From Capsulimonadaceae bacterium (GTDB lineage Bacteria > Armatimonadota > Armatimonadia > Armatimonadales > Capsulimonadaceae), in the NCBI GenBank assembly GCA_965215505.1, contig OZ244065.1, positions 672,001 to 736,000 of the forward strand: 64,000 nt of DNA, read 5' to 3'. This document shows, in pieces, positions 48,748-58,518 of this stretch. Below the pieces are notes generated by a model. The model had not been told where the DNA came from. It worked only from the letters and a program-made list of their open reading frames with translations, and made no database searches. How positions within the stretch are numbered: the stretch's first letter is position 1; every line of letters starts with the position of its first letter. Position numbers and translations under genes: made by a program.

Positions 48748-49146
48748 CTAGGAGATCGGCTCTACAGTGGCCGCTTCGGGCGTGTCGGAGGCGGGCGCGG
48801 GGTTCGGCGTCTGCACCGTCACGCTGGCATCCGGGTGGGTCGTCCCGGCGGGCGCGACCGGTGGGGCGGTGAGGCTGGCGGCGGGCTGGGGCGTCATGCC
48901 CGCCTCGCGCAATGCCTCGGTGTAGAGGTTCTGGAGGGGCCGCATGGGGACGATGCTGGTGACGGCGTGCTTATAGACGAGCTGGGTGGGCTTGCCGGGG
49001 CTGTCCAAAAGGATCGTGTAGGGATCAAAGCCGCGGACATTGCCCCGGAGCTGGACGCCGCCGATGAGGTAGATCATCACGCCGATATTCTCTTTTCGGA
49101 CCTGGTTGAGAAACGTATCCTGAAGGTTGACCTGCGGTTTGTTCAT
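48748..49146 (-). CDS. hfq: RNA chaperone Hfq with long Pro/Ala/Thr tail
   Basis: NLQDTFLNQVRKE, QLVYKHAVTSIVP; directly after miaA. Confidence 0.95.
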   Translation of the reverse strand: MNKPQVNLQDTFLNQVRKENIGVMIYLIGGVQLRGNVRGFDPYTILLDSPGKPTQLVYKHAVTSIVPMRPLQNLYTEALREAGMTPQPAASLTAPPVAPAGTTHPDASVTVQTPNPAPASDTPEAATVEPIS

Positions 49147-50102
49147 TGCGAAGCGATTTCCCCTTTGTGCTGCCGTAGCACCTGAATTCTTGCTGCGATC
49201 TCGTCCGCGATCTGCTCGGCACCCTTGCCGTCGGCGGGAACCCACTGGACGCGCGGGTCGCCCCGGAACCAGATGAGCTGACGCCGGGCGAACCGCCGCG
49301 TGTCCTGCTTCATGGCGGCGACGGCGAGGCCGAAGCTCATGTCGCCGGTCAGGGCCGCCGTCATGTGGCGGTAGCCGAGCGAGCGCATTGGTTTGAGGGT
49401 GGCGGGATAGCCCGATGCCAGCAGGCCGCGCACCTCATCAAGAAGCCCACCCTCCAGCATCTGGTCCACGCGGTCATCGATCCGCCCGTACAGGGCCGCG
49501 CGCTCGGCGAAGTTCAGGCCGAACACCAGCGGCTGTTCCTGCGGCTGCCGAGCGCGGTTCTCGGTGTGCAGGTCGGTCAGGCTCCGCCCGCTGGCGGCAT
49601 GGACCTCCAGGGCGCGGATCTGTCGCCCGATGTCATTGACGTGGAGCCGGGCCGCCGTCTCCGGGTCTATGGCCGCGACGCGCGCCAGCAGGGCGGCATT
49701 GCCGTTCGTTTCCGCAAATTCGCGCCACTGCGCGCGGAACGCCTCATCCGGCGGGGCGGTCGGGATGTCCAGAACGGTCGTCAGGGAGCGGACGTACAGC
49801 CCCGTCCCGCCGACGATCAGCGGCACATTGCCGCACGCCGCGATGGCGCGGCAGGCTTCGTCCCCGAGGCGCTGGTAATCGGCCAGAGTCCATTCCTGGT
49901 CGGGGTCGGCGACGTCAATGCCATGGAAGGCGGCCCGCCGCCGCTCTTCCGGGGTCGGCTTGGCCGTCCCGATGTCCATGTGCCGGTAGACCTGCATCGA
50001 GTCGGCGGAGACGATCTCCCCGCCGAGCCGCACAGACAGGCGGATGCCGACCGCCGTCTTGCCCGACGCCGTCGGCCCGACCAGCGCGATCCGGTCCGCC
50101 AT
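49143..50102 (-). CDS. miaA: tRNA dimethylallyltransferase
   Basis: GPTASGKT, SADSMQVYRHMDIGTAKP, VGGTGLY, TRRFARRQLIWFR. Confidence 0.97.
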   Translation of the reverse strand: MADRIALVGPTASGKTAVGIRLSVRLGGEIVSADSMQVYRHMDIGTAKPTPEERRRAAFHGIDVADPDQEWTLADYQRLGDEACRAIAACGNVPLIVGGTGLYVRSLTTVLDIPTAPPDEAFRAQWREFAETNGNAALLARVAAIDPETAARLHVNDIGRQIRALEVHAASGRSLTDLHTENRARQPQEQPLVFGLNFAERAALYGRIDDRVDQMLEGGLLDEVRGLLASGYPATLKPMRSLGYRHMTAALTGDMSFGLAVAAMKQDTRRFARRQLIWFRGDPRVQWVPADGKGAEQIADEIAARIQVLRQHKGEIASQ

Positions 50103-50193
50103 TCGATCCCTTGGGCCTTCCGGCGTCTGCACTCGCACGGCCATAGTATAGCATATACGGGCGGGGCGCGCAAGGCGTTTCAGGCCGCTTCCG

Positions 50194-50439
50194 TCAGCCC
50201 GTCTTCGCCAGGACGGCGTCTATCTCGACGCCGTCCGGCTCGGTCAGCATCGTGTCGCCGATCCACGGGGTCGGCGTCACCTCGCGGCCCGTCCACTCGA
50301 GGACCTGGAGGCGGGCGGCCTCGTCTTCGGTGATGTCGATTTCGTCCCAGGTCACGCCGCGCTGGCGCAGGAAGTAGGCCGCGCGGGCGACATCAGGGCA
50401 GCCCGGACGGGTGTACATCGTGATCTTCGGCTGGCTCAT
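50194..50439 (-). CDS. glutaredoxin/mycoredoxin-like protein (monothiol)
   Basis: ITMYTRPGCPDV, EIDI, VTPT. Confidence 0.8.
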   Translation of the reverse strand: MSQPKITMYTRPGCPDVARAAYFLRQRGVTWDEIDITEDEAARLQVLEWTGREVTPTPWIGDTMLTEPDGVEIDAVLAKTG

Positions 50440-51506
50440 TGACAGAACTCCTGGAGTTTTTCGGCGATGACTTCCGCGCCGTTGATGGGGAAGGCCTCAG
50501 CGTCAGGCCGGGCGGCGAGGGCCGATTGAAGCGCCCCCCCCCACTCCCCGGCGAAGAAGGCAGCTTCTGAGATTTCGACGCCGCCCCCCCACTTACTCAT
50601 ACCCAGAACAAGTGCCTCGTGTTCGCGGAAGCCGTAGCGCGGCAGATAGATCAAGGGGACCGAGTTCGCGATGCACTCGGTCAGGGTCCCATAGCCGGCC
50701 TTGGAGATCACGGCGTCCACGGACGCGGCCACGTCGGCGTAGCGCCACTGGCGGGCGTCGAAGGCGCGGACGTTGGCGACGGGCTGCGGCAGGGTGCTGT
50801 CCAGCAGGAAGACCCAATCCGTCCACTGCTCCAAAGCGGGCCAGTGGATGTCCAGGCCCCAGCCGCCCAGGTAGAGCAGGGCGAGGCGCTTGTCACGGGG
50901 GATGCCCAGGGCTTCGGCGAGCGCGGCGCGGCGCGGCTGACCCCGGCGGGCGACGAGGGGGACGCGCTCGACGTTCGGAAACACGTCACCCACGGTCGGC
51001 ACATTAAGCGCCGTGAGGCAGGCGATGGTCGCGGCTCCATACTCGGCGGCCATCTGCCGGAGCAGCGCGGCGTCGGCGTCCATCTCGGCATACTCCGAGT
51101 AGATGTCGTGCCAGGTGAAGTTGGCGATGGCGACGCCGGGGATGTTGGCCTGACGTGCGGCATACAGAGGGAACGGGGGGACATCGGAGGCGACGCAGCG
51201 GACGCCATGTTCCCGAAGAAACGCGACTTCTTCGGGAAGGCGGGCGGCGTTCGCCTGCGCGATCTCGGCATAGCGAGTCAGCGTCTCGCGCCGCAGCACG
51301 GTGACGCTGTCGCTTTGCAGGCAGCCGCAGTCGTACTCGGCGGACACATAGGAGAACGTGCGCCCCGGAAGCTCCTCGCGGAAGAGACGTTCCGGGGCCG
51401 TCGTTTTCAGGATCAGGGGCAGGCTTAGCGGCAGCGATTTAATGACCTGGATGCTGCGGACCGCGTGGCCGAAGCCGTGCCCCGTGATGTAATAGCAGAG
51501 TGCCAT
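50436..51506 (-). CDS. GT-B-fold protein resembling the N-terminal domain of plant L-arabinokinase
   Basis: YYITGHGFGHAVR, SDVPP, ANFTWHDIYSEY, DAVISKAGYGTLTEC, FREHEAL. Confidence 0.75.
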   Translation of the reverse strand: MALCYYITGHGFGHAVRSIQVIKSLPLSLPLILKTTAPERLFREELPGRTFSYVSAEYDCGCLQSDSVTVLRRETLTRYAEIAQANAARLPEEVAFLREHGVRCVASDVPPFPLYAARQANIPGVAIANFTWHDIYSEYAEMDADAALLRQMAAEYGAATIACLTALNVPTVGDVFPNVERVPLVARRGQPRRAALAEALGIPRDKRLALLYLGGWGLDIHWPALEQWTDWVFLLDSTLPQPVANVRAFDARQWRYADVAASVDAVISKAGYGTLTECIANSVPLIYLPRYGFREHEALVLGMSKWGGGVEISEAAFFAGEWGGALQSALAARPDAEAFPINGAEVIAEKLQEFCQ

Positions 51507-51509
51507 GGG

Positions 51510-53003
51510 CTAGGCCAGGTTCAGCACCAATGTCTGCACCGAGCAGGGGGGGAGGCTCAGGGTCAGCGTGTCCCCCTGCGCCTGCACGTCCGTCTGCGTG
51601 ATCCCGACGGCATCCGGCTGCTCGGCGGTGTTGTAAGCGTTGGCGGCCCCCGCCATCGTGTGCAGTCGGCCCCCATGCAGGGTGGCGTCGCGGATGGTCA
51701 CGGTGACCTCCTGGGCCTCGTCCTTCTGCCGGTTGCTGAGGCTGACGATGAGCCGGCCGTCCTTCTTGGAGGCGGACGCCGACAGGAGCGGCATGCTGCC
51801 GGACGGCAGATTGGCCCCGTGCATGTTGGTGATTGCCTTGGCGTCGCGCTCCGGGGCGTCGCCGATCTCGGCGCGGACGGCCTGCGCGCCCCGGTGCGGG
51901 GCATACAGGGCGAACAGGTGATAGGTGGGCGTCAGCCACATCTTCTCGCCCTTGGTCTGGACGAGGGCTTGCAGGACGTTGACGATCTGGGCGATGTTCG
52001 CCGTCGAAACCCGGTCGCACCACTTGTGGAAGACATCCAGGACGCCCGCGCCGATCACGGCATCACGGATCGTGCTGGGCGCCTCATAGTCGGTGCCCGT
52101 AACGGCCTCGGGGTGCCAGATGCCCCACTCATCAAAGGCGATGCCGATCTTCTTTTTGCGGCCCGACGTGAAGAAACGCAAAATCTCGTCGGTGAACCGG
52201 ATGTCGTCTTCCACCAGGGCAGAGGCGTGCATGGAGGCGTAGTAGTCGTCGTCGCTGAAACTGACGGCGGGACCGTGGACCCAGTACTGATGGACCGAGA
52301 CGTGGTCCAGCAGGCTCAGGTGGTTCCGCATGACCTCGACCAGCTTCATGTTCCAGTCGCGGTTGTTCAGGCCACAGGCCACCAGCTCGATGGAGTTGTC
52401 CGCCATCTTCAGGAAGGTCCCGAACCGCTTGAACTCCTTGGCGTAGCTCTCGGCGTCATAATTGCCGCCGCAGCCCCAGTTCTCGTTCCCCACCCCCCAG
52501 AACTTGACATCCATCGGGGCGGCGTGGCCGTTCGCGGCCCGCTCGCGGGCGAGTGTCGTGTCGGCCTTGCCGTTGCAGTAGACGACCCAATCGGCCAGCT
52601 CCTGGGCGGAGCCGGAGCCGACGTTCCCGGCGAGGTATGGGTCGGCCCCAATCATCCGGCAAAGGTCAATGAACTCGTGCGTCCCCAAGGTGTTGTCCTC
52701 GACGACGTTCAGGCCGCAGCTCTCGGCCCAGGTCCGGGGGCGGGATTCGCTCGGCCCGATGCCGTCGCGCCAGTGGTAGGAGTCGGCGAAGCAGCCGCCC
52801 GGCCAGCGCAGTTGGGGGATGCCGACGGCCTTCAGCGCCTCGATGATGTCGGTGCGGAACCCGCCCTGGTTGGGGATGGACGACGTGGGGCCGACCCAAA
52901 GCCCGTCATAGCAGCAGCGGCCCAGATGCTCGGCGAAGTGGCCGTGGATGTAGGGGGAGATGGTGCCGAGGGTTTCATCGGCGTGGATGGTGAGTTTGGA
53001 CAA
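51510..53003 (-). CDS. GH51 alpha-L-arabinofuranosidase
   Basis: GHFAEHLGRC, RWPGGCFADSYHW, GTHEF, WGVGNENWGCGG, FDEWG, ANIAQIVNVLQA. Confidence 0.95.
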   Translation of the reverse strand: MSKLTIHADETLGTISPYIHGHFAEHLGRCCYDGLWVGPTSSIPNQGGFRTDIIEALKAVGIPQLRWPGGCFADSYHWRDGIGPSESRPRTWAESCGLNVVEDNTLGTHEFIDLCRMIGADPYLAGNVGSGSAQELADWVVYCNGKADTTLARERAANGHAAPMDVKFWGVGNENWGCGGNYDAESYAKEFKRFGTFLKMADNSIELVACGLNNRDWNMKLVEVMRNHLSLLDHVSVHQYWVHGPAVSFSDDDYYASMHASALVEDDIRFTDEILRFFTSGRKKKIGIAFDEWGIWHPEAVTGTDYEAPSTIRDAVIGAGVLDVFHKWCDRVSTANIAQIVNVLQALVQTKGEKMWLTPTYHLFALYAPHRGAQAVRAEIGDAPERDAKAITNMHGANLPSGSMPLLSASASKKDGRLIVSLSNRQKDEAQEVTVTIRDATLHGGRLHTMAGAANAYNTAEQPDAVGITQTDVQAQGDTLTLSLPPCSVQTLVLNLA

Positions 53004-53028
53004 GTTAAGCCTCTTTGGAGTATGGGGA

Positions 53029-53766
53029 TTAGGATCTGCGGTGGACGAGAGTGGCGGTCGCCTGGTCGAGCGGGCGGATCGTCATCTGGTCAATGTTGAC
53101 ATGGGGCGGGCGCGTCACGGCCCAAACGATGGCATCCGCGACATCGTCCGCCGTCAGCGGCGTCATTCCCTGGTAGGGCTTCGTCGCCCGCTCGGCGTCG
53201 CCGCCGAAGCGGATCAGGCTGAACTCGGTTTCCACCAGGCCGGGCGCGATCTCGGTGACGCGGACCGGCTTGCCGAGCAGTTCCAGGCGCAGAGTCTCGG
53301 CGACGGCGCGCTCGGCGTGTTTGGCCGCCGTGTACCCCGCGCCACCGGGATAGACTTCAAACCCGGCGATGCTGCCGATGACGACTATGTGCCCCTGCCC
53401 GGACGCTTCCAGCTTGGGCAGGAGGGTCCGGGTCATCCGCATGGTCCCCAGGACGTTCGACTCGAACATCGTCCGCCACTTCTCGTCCTCGGCCTCGGCG
53501 ATGGGTTCCAGGCCCAAAGCCCCGCCCGCATTGTTGACCAGGACGTTTATGGCGGGGACCTGCTCGCAGAAGGCCGCGACGCTGGCCGCATCAGTCACGT
53601 CCAGGGCAAAAGCCCGCGCGCCGAGCGGCGCTGCTACGGCCTGCAACTTGTCCATCCGGCGCGCGCCGAGGACGAGGTCGTAGCCGGCCTGGGCCAAGTG
53701 ATGGGCGGTGGCAGCGCCGATGCCGCTGCTCGCGCCGGTGACGACGGCGATAGGTTTATTTGTCAT
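53029..53766 (-). CDS. SDR oxidoreductase (YdfG-like)
   Basis: TGASSGIG, NNAG, YTAAK, PGLVETEFS, PPHVNI. Confidence 0.92.
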   Translation of the reverse strand: MTNKPIAVVTGASSGIGAATAHHLAQAGYDLVLGARRMDKLQAVAAPLGARAFALDVTDAASVAAFCEQVPAINVLVNNAGGALGLEPIAEAEDEKWRTMFESNVLGTMRMTRTLLPKLEASGQGHIVVIGSIAGFEVYPGGAGYTAAKHAERAVAETLRLELLGKPVRVTEIAPGLVETEFSLIRFGGDAERATKPYQGMTPLTADDVADAIVWAVTRPPHVNIDQMTIRPLDQATATLVHRRS

Positions 53767-53785
53767 AGGATATCTTTCATAGAAC

Positions 53786-54979
53786 CTAAAAATGATCCTG
53801 CAAGTAGCAAACGGCGGGCGGTAGCAGCCGGGACAGCACCTGGTACTGCGCCTCGTCACCGACCGTCAGCCGCCCCGCCGCGCGGAGCAAGTCGAGGGAA
53901 GGCTGGCCCCAATACGCCTGCGACAATGCCTGGATGTCCAGCGAGACGCCGGGGGCGTCTTGGGTGGGCGCGGCGGTCACTCGCCCGGCCTCGGCAGTGA
54001 CCGCGAACGTCCGGTTGTTCCACTCGCAGGAGCTATCCGAGACTTGCAGGATGACGCGGCCCGTCAACATAGGCTCCGGCGTCAGCGCGGCGAGTGCTGG
54101 GACAACGTCCACGACGCGGCCCATGAACAGGGGGCTGATCGTCGTGTTCAGGTCGTAATGCATCACATGGAGCGGCAGCGGGTCATCGGCTGGGGCGGAG
54201 AAATCCACCCGGCGTACCTGTGTCCCGTAATAGTGCAGCGTGGACAGCAGCCCGCGATAGGCGGCGGGCGTGTTGGCGAAGAACTCGCCGACATGGCCCG
54301 TCTCGCCGCCGTGCGGATAGCGGAATGACAGATAGCCCTCAGCCTGGTCCGTTAAGGGGTCGTGGTAGACCTGAACATAAGTCGTCCGGTTGTCATGGTG
54401 CGAGAGTGATCGCTTCCAGAAGTTCGGCTGGGCATCAGCCCGCGTCGCCATGCCGCGATGGCGGCGGGCAAACGTCTCATAAATGGGCCGCACGACTTCG
54501 ACCGCCTCCAAACCCTCATAGCAGCGGACGTGTTTGCCTTCCGGGCTGGCCCGGATCTCCGCCGTGGGCAGGTCATAATGCCGCTTCTCCCCCACCCACT
54601 CCCAGCCGTGCCGCCGGTAGAAGGCGTAGGCGAACGGGTACAGGCCGCTCGTGAACCGCCCGGCGTCCCGCATCACGCGCAACGACTCGCCCATCAGGCG
54701 GCCGACGTGGCCCCGCCCGCGCTGTTCAGCCGCGCAGGCGACACCCGCAATGCCGCCCATCGGCAGAGTGGCCGCGCCCCAGATCATATGCAGGTCGTGG
54801 ATCGTCGCCGCCGCGACCAGGCGCGTGCCGTCGAACACGCCCAAAGTCGTGCTGACGCGGTCCTTGTCCTCCTCCGGCTCGGGCGCAGAGGGGCGGCTGC
54901 CGCCGGAGAAAGCCTCCGACATCAGCCGCGATAGGGCCGCGTCATCGTCCGGCGTCAGTGCGCGCAGTTCAGTCGTCAT
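53786..54979 (-). CDS. Eis-like GNAT acetyltransferase with SCP2-like C-terminal domain
   Basis: GGIAGVAC..RGRGH, LYPF..FYRRHGWE, FMGRVVDV, LDIQALSQ, final DHF. Confidence 0.88.
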   Translation of the reverse strand: MTTELRALTPDDDAALSRLMSEAFSGGSRPSAPEPEEDKDRVSTTLGVFDGTRLVAAATIHDLHMIWGAATLPMGGIAGVACAAEQRGRGHVGRLMGESLRVMRDAGRFTSGLYPFAYAFYRRHGWEWVGEKRHYDLPTAEIRASPEGKHVRCYEGLEAVEVVRPIYETFARRHRGMATRADAQPNFWKRSLSHHDNRTTYVQVYHDPLTDQAEGYLSFRYPHGGETGHVGEFFANTPAAYRGLLSTLHYYGTQVRRVDFSAPADDPLPLHVMHYDLNTTISPLFMGRVVDVVPALAALTPEPMLTGRVILQVSDSSCEWNNRTFAVTAEAGRVTAAPTQDAPGVSLDIQALSQAYWGQPSLDLLRAAGRLTVGDEAQYQVLSRLLPPAVCYLQDHF

Positions 54980-55003
54980 AAGATGAGAAGCCTTACGAGC
55001 CAG

Positions 55004-55154
55004 GACGAGTGAATGAATTCACTCGCTCCACTTGGAAGCGTCCAAGGGACGCGAGAACAGGGTGATGCCACCCCGTCTTTCCCCTCCTCTGTTCTTCCAC
55101 CTCTTCTGTCCCCTGGACAGGTCTGGCGGCAGCGAGTGATCTCAATCACTCGTC
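55004..55154. repeat. REPIN/MITE-like composite inverted repeat (family B)
   Basis: Outer GACGAGTGAATGAATTCACTCGCT / AGCGAGTGATCTCAATCACTCGTC; inner GTCCAAGGGAC (55040) / GTCCCCTGGAC (55108). Confidence 0.8.
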
Positions 55155-55176
55155 TTTTTCGTCTTGTCGCGTCTTC

Positions 55177-56325
55177 CTACACCTTCACCGCCCGCGCGCC
55201 CTGGGCGGCGCGGCAGGCGTAGACGTGGGCCTCATAGTCCGTCTTTTCCTTGTACTGGGCGGCAAGGTCACGGCAGAACTGCGGGACAGCCTCGGCATGG
55301 ACCAGGTTGACCGAGCAGCCGCCCCAGCCGCCGCCCGTCAGCTTTGCGCCGATGCAGCCGGGCAGGCGGGCGGCGAGGGCGACCAGCAGGTCTATCTCGG
55401 GCGTCGAGTTTTCAAAGAGGTCGCGGCAGGACGCATGGCCTTCCGCCAGAAGCTGACCCATTCGCGTCACGTCGCCCTTCTGGGCGGCCTCGCGCATCGC
55501 CAGGACGCGCTTGTCTTCGCTGAGGACGTGCCGCGCCCGCTTGCGCTGGTTCTCGGGCAGTTCGCCCTCGCGCGCCATGAACTCCTCCCAGGTGACTTCG
55601 CGCAGGAGCCGCTTGCCGAAGTGGGCGGCGGCGGCCATGCACTCGGCGTGGCGCGTGGCGTAGTCGCCGCTGGTCAGGGCATGCTTGACGTTGGAGTCGC
55701 AGACGACGATGGCGATGTCGTCCCGGCCCATCTTGACGGCGGTATGTTCCAGGGTCAGGCAGTCCAGGAACAGCAGACCGTCCTGAACGCCGAACACGGA
55801 CGAAAACTGGTCCAGGATGCCGCAGGGGACGCCCACGAACTCGTTCTCCGCCTTCTGGCAGAGCCGCGCGATCTGCATCGGGTCGCGGTCGTAAGGGAAC
55901 AACTGCTGCAAGAAAAACGCCGTCGCCACTTCCAGGGCCGCCGACGAGGACAGCCCCGCCCCGCCCGGCACGTCGCTGTGGATGACGGCATTGAAGCCGC
56001 CGATACTCACGCCCTCCCGCTTGAGCTGCTGGACGACGCCCAGCACATAGCTGGCCCACGAGTTGTGCGGGTCGGCCTGGATGTCCTTCGCCGAGACGGA
56101 CGAGTCTCGCCGGAAGTCGGCGGCGTGGAGGGAGATCGTATCGTTCCCCGTCGGCGACCCGGCCACGACCGTGCCTTTGTCCAGGGCGGCGGGCAGGACG
56201 AACCCGCCGTTGTAGTCGGTGTGGTTGCCCATGATCTCGACCCGCCCCGGCGCGAGCGCGGCGGCTTCGGGCGCGGACCCGAAGCGGCGCGTGTAGGCCG
56301 CGACGGCGTTGTCTACGAGTGCCAT
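55177..56325 (-). CDS. galK: galactokinase-family GHMP sugar kinase
   Basis: APGRVEIMGNHTDYNGG, PGGAGLSSSAA, CGILDQ, GAKLTGGGWGG; substrate not established. Confidence 0.88.
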   Translation of the reverse strand: MALVDNAVAAYTRRFGSAPEAAALAPGRVEIMGNHTDYNGGFVLPAALDKGTVVAGSPTGNDTISLHAADFRRDSSVSAKDIQADPHNSWASYVLGVVQQLKREGVSIGGFNAVIHSDVPGGAGLSSSAALEVATAFFLQQLFPYDRDPMQIARLCQKAENEFVGVPCGILDQFSSVFGVQDGLLFLDCLTLEHTAVKMGRDDIAIVVCDSNVKHALTSGDYATRHAECMAAAAHFGKRLLREVTWEEFMAREGELPENQRKRARHVLSEDKRVLAMREAAQKGDVTRMGQLLAEGHASCRDLFENSTPEIDLLVALAARLPGCIGAKLTGGGWGGCSVNLVHAEAVPQFCRDLAAQYKEKTDYEAHVYACRAAQGARAVKV

Positions 56326-56352
56326 TGTGTCATCCCTTTGTCATCAGAATCG

Positions 56353-56568
56353 TCACAAGTCGCGCGGCGTGAGGCCGGTTTGTTTAGCGATTCGGGCCAG
56401 CATTATCGGGCCGATCTCCACCCCGTCATGGAAGGCCCAGATGTAGTCCGGCCAATCCGCGCGTTCCAATACGATATGGGAACCACCGCTCCGGCGCTTG
56501 ATGCTCCAGCCGATACGAAGAAGCGCCGCCAGAACACGCCCCGCCTTTGTAGAAGGCCATTGACTCAT
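56353..56568 (-). CDS. hicA: HicA family toxin
   Basis: ALLRIGW..RRSGGSHIVL..H..EIGPIMLARIAKQTGL. Confidence 0.9.
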   Translation of the reverse strand: MSQWPSTKAGRVLAALLRIGWSIKRRSGGSHIVLERADWPDYIWAFHDGVEIGPIMLARIAKQTGLTPRDL

Positions 56569-56592
56569 GAATGCGCCTTCATTACGAAATTC

Positions 56593-56811
56593 TCATGCCG
56601 CAATGGAGAAAACCTGTGGCAGTACATCCACTTGTTCCGGCAAAGTTTCTCCATGCTCAACCCGGTCCGCAAGGACCCGCAGCGCGAGAACTTGGGCACG
56701 GACAACCGCCTCAGTACGGGTTTCGCCGTAGGCCAGCACGCCGGGGAGTTCGGGGATCTCACTTAACCAGCGGCCGTCCTCTTCTTGTTCGACTTCAATG
56801 GAAATTCGCAC
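56593..56811 (-). CDS. hicB: HicB family antitoxin (short)
   Basis: EQEEDGRWLSEIPELPGVLAYGETRTEAV. Confidence 0.9.
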   Translation of the reverse strand: MRISIEVEQEEDGRWLSEIPELPGVLAYGETRTEAVVRAQVLALRVLADRVEHGETLPEQVDVLPQVFSIAA

Positions 56812-56827
56812 TGTTTCACCTTCTGTC

Positions 56828-57367
56828 TCACTGCACCCGCCGATAGATGCCGTTCGCGCGCTCCATCAGCCCCGTGTCCACCATCTCGCGGCGCAGGCTC
56901 GCGTAGTCCTCGTGGTAGTTCAAGAGCAGGTAGCTGACTTCCTGCTCGGTGTAGGCGCGGCCCGTCTCGAACTTCCCGACCAGGTAGCGCAGGACGACCT
57001 CCCGCTTCTTGCGCTGGACCGGGATGGTTTTCAGCCTGCCGTTGACAAAGAAGTCCCCCAGCACCCGCGCGTCAAAGGCGGACGCATCGGGCGGCAGGTC
57101 GGACGCGCTGGCCGCCGCTTTCGTCTCGCGCAACGCCTCAAAGATCGCCGACGGCTTGTACCGCCAGCGGAAACCGTCGTGGGCGAACGTCTCCTCCAGC
57201 AGCCCCGCCGCTTTGAGCGGCGGCAGCAAGGCCATCGTCTCCGCCTCGGATAGTCCCGCCGCCCGCGCCAGCGTGTGCAGGGGGAGTGGGTCGCCGCAGA
57301 GCTGGCCCAGCAATTTGACCTTCTTCGGGTCGGCGAACACGCGCAGGATGTCGGCGGGGTTGGTCAC
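56828..57367 (-). CDS. ArsR-like HTH + DUF2087 protein
   Basis: FADPKKVKLLG; GRLKTIP..KKREVVL; YTEQEV; DYASLRREMVD. Confidence 0.85.
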   Translation of the reverse strand: MTNPADILRVFADPKKVKLLGQLCGDPLPLHTLARAAGLSEAETMALLPPLKAAGLLEETFAHDGFRWRYKPSAIFEALRETKAAASASDLPPDASAFDARVLGDFFVNGRLKTIPVQRKKREVVLRYLVGKFETGRAYTEQEVSYLLLNYHEDYASLRREMVDTGLMERANGIYRRVQ

Positions 57368-57661
57368 GCTAACCTATCGCCTCCGCCACATAGATTTTGG
57401 GATTTCGCCTAGAACGTGGGAGTTTAAGCCTGGATCGTTCTGGTCTGCTCGATATTCACGGACTTCTTTGCGATCTGTGTTCCATCGAACGACGATCTTG
57501 CAGCCATGCTGAAGATAAATTTGCTTTAGGAACGGCGCAGCTCCCAACGCTTCCTGTATTTTGGCATCGTACACGTCATCACCGGAACGCTCGTAGTCGC
57601 CAATATGAACTGACGTTTCCCCCGTTTTATGTACCACGGGCAGAGTGAGCGCTTCTGTTGT

Positions 57662-58483
57662 CTAGCCGGGCGGCTTCTTTTCCGCCTGCTCCCGTTGCCA
57701 GGCCCGCGCATACGCGGCGGGCGGCACATACTTCAGGCTGCTGTGCGGACGCTCCTCATTGTACCAGAGCCGATGCGCTCCCAGCCGCACCTGGGCGTCC
57801 TGAACCGAGGCGAAGACCTCGCGGTCAAGCAACTCGTCGCGCAGTTTGCCGTGGAAGCTCTCCTGGAACCCGTTCTGCCACGGGCAGCCAGGGTCGATGT
57901 AGTGCGGCGCGGAGCCGCTGCTCGAAAGCAGGCTCTGGACCTCGCCCGCGATGAACTCGGGACCGTTGTCGCTGCGGACGAAGCGCGGGACGCCGCGCAC
58001 AGCGAACAACGGCTTCAAGGCGGCAAGCACTGCCCCGCTGGTCAGGGACACGCCCACCGTCACGGACAGCCACTCGCGCGTGAACTCGTCCAGGATGTTC
58101 AGCAGGCGGATCTTGCGACCAGAGAGCAGCCCGTCCTCCTGGAAGTCGTAGCTCCAGACGTGGTCGGGGTGCTCCGCCTGGCAGGGCACGCGCCGCCCCG
58201 CCCTGACCTTGCGCTTCTTCGGGCACTGCGGCACTTGCAGGCCGCTCTTTCGCCAGACGCGCTCCACGCGCTTGCGGTTGACGAGGTGGCCGCCCGCCCG
58301 CAAGAGCGCGTGGGCGCGCGGGATGCCGAAGCGCGGGTGCTTCCGCTTGATCCGCTCAAGCTGCTCCCGGAGCGGCTGGTCGTCACGCGGGTGCGCCTGG
58401 TAGCGGGCGCTGGAACGCGAGATTTTCGCCAGGCGGCAGGCTTGGCGCTGTGAGAGGCCGCGCTCCACCGCCTGCGAGACCAC
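57662..58483 (-). CDS. IS3 transposase OrfB (DDE catalytic part)
   Basis: WSYDF, RSDNGPEF, PWQNGFQESFHGKLRDE, YNEERPHSSL. Confidence 0.95.
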   Translation of the reverse strand: MVSQAVERGLSQRQACRLAKISRSSARYQAHPRDDQPLREQLERIKRKHPRFGIPRAHALLRAGGHLVNRKRVERVWRKSGLQVPQCPKKRKVRAGRRVPCQAEHPDHVWSYDFQEDGLLSGRKIRLLNILDEFTREWLSVTVGVSLTSGAVLAALKPLFAVRGVPRFVRSDNGPEFIAGEVQSLLSSSGSAPHYIDPGCPWQNGFQESFHGKLRDELLDREVFASVQDAQVRLGAHRLWYNEERPHSSLKYVPPAAYARAWQREQAEKKPPG

Positions 58484-58518
58484 CGCGCGCCCCTCGGCCA
58501 GCGGGTCGGCGGCCTCGG

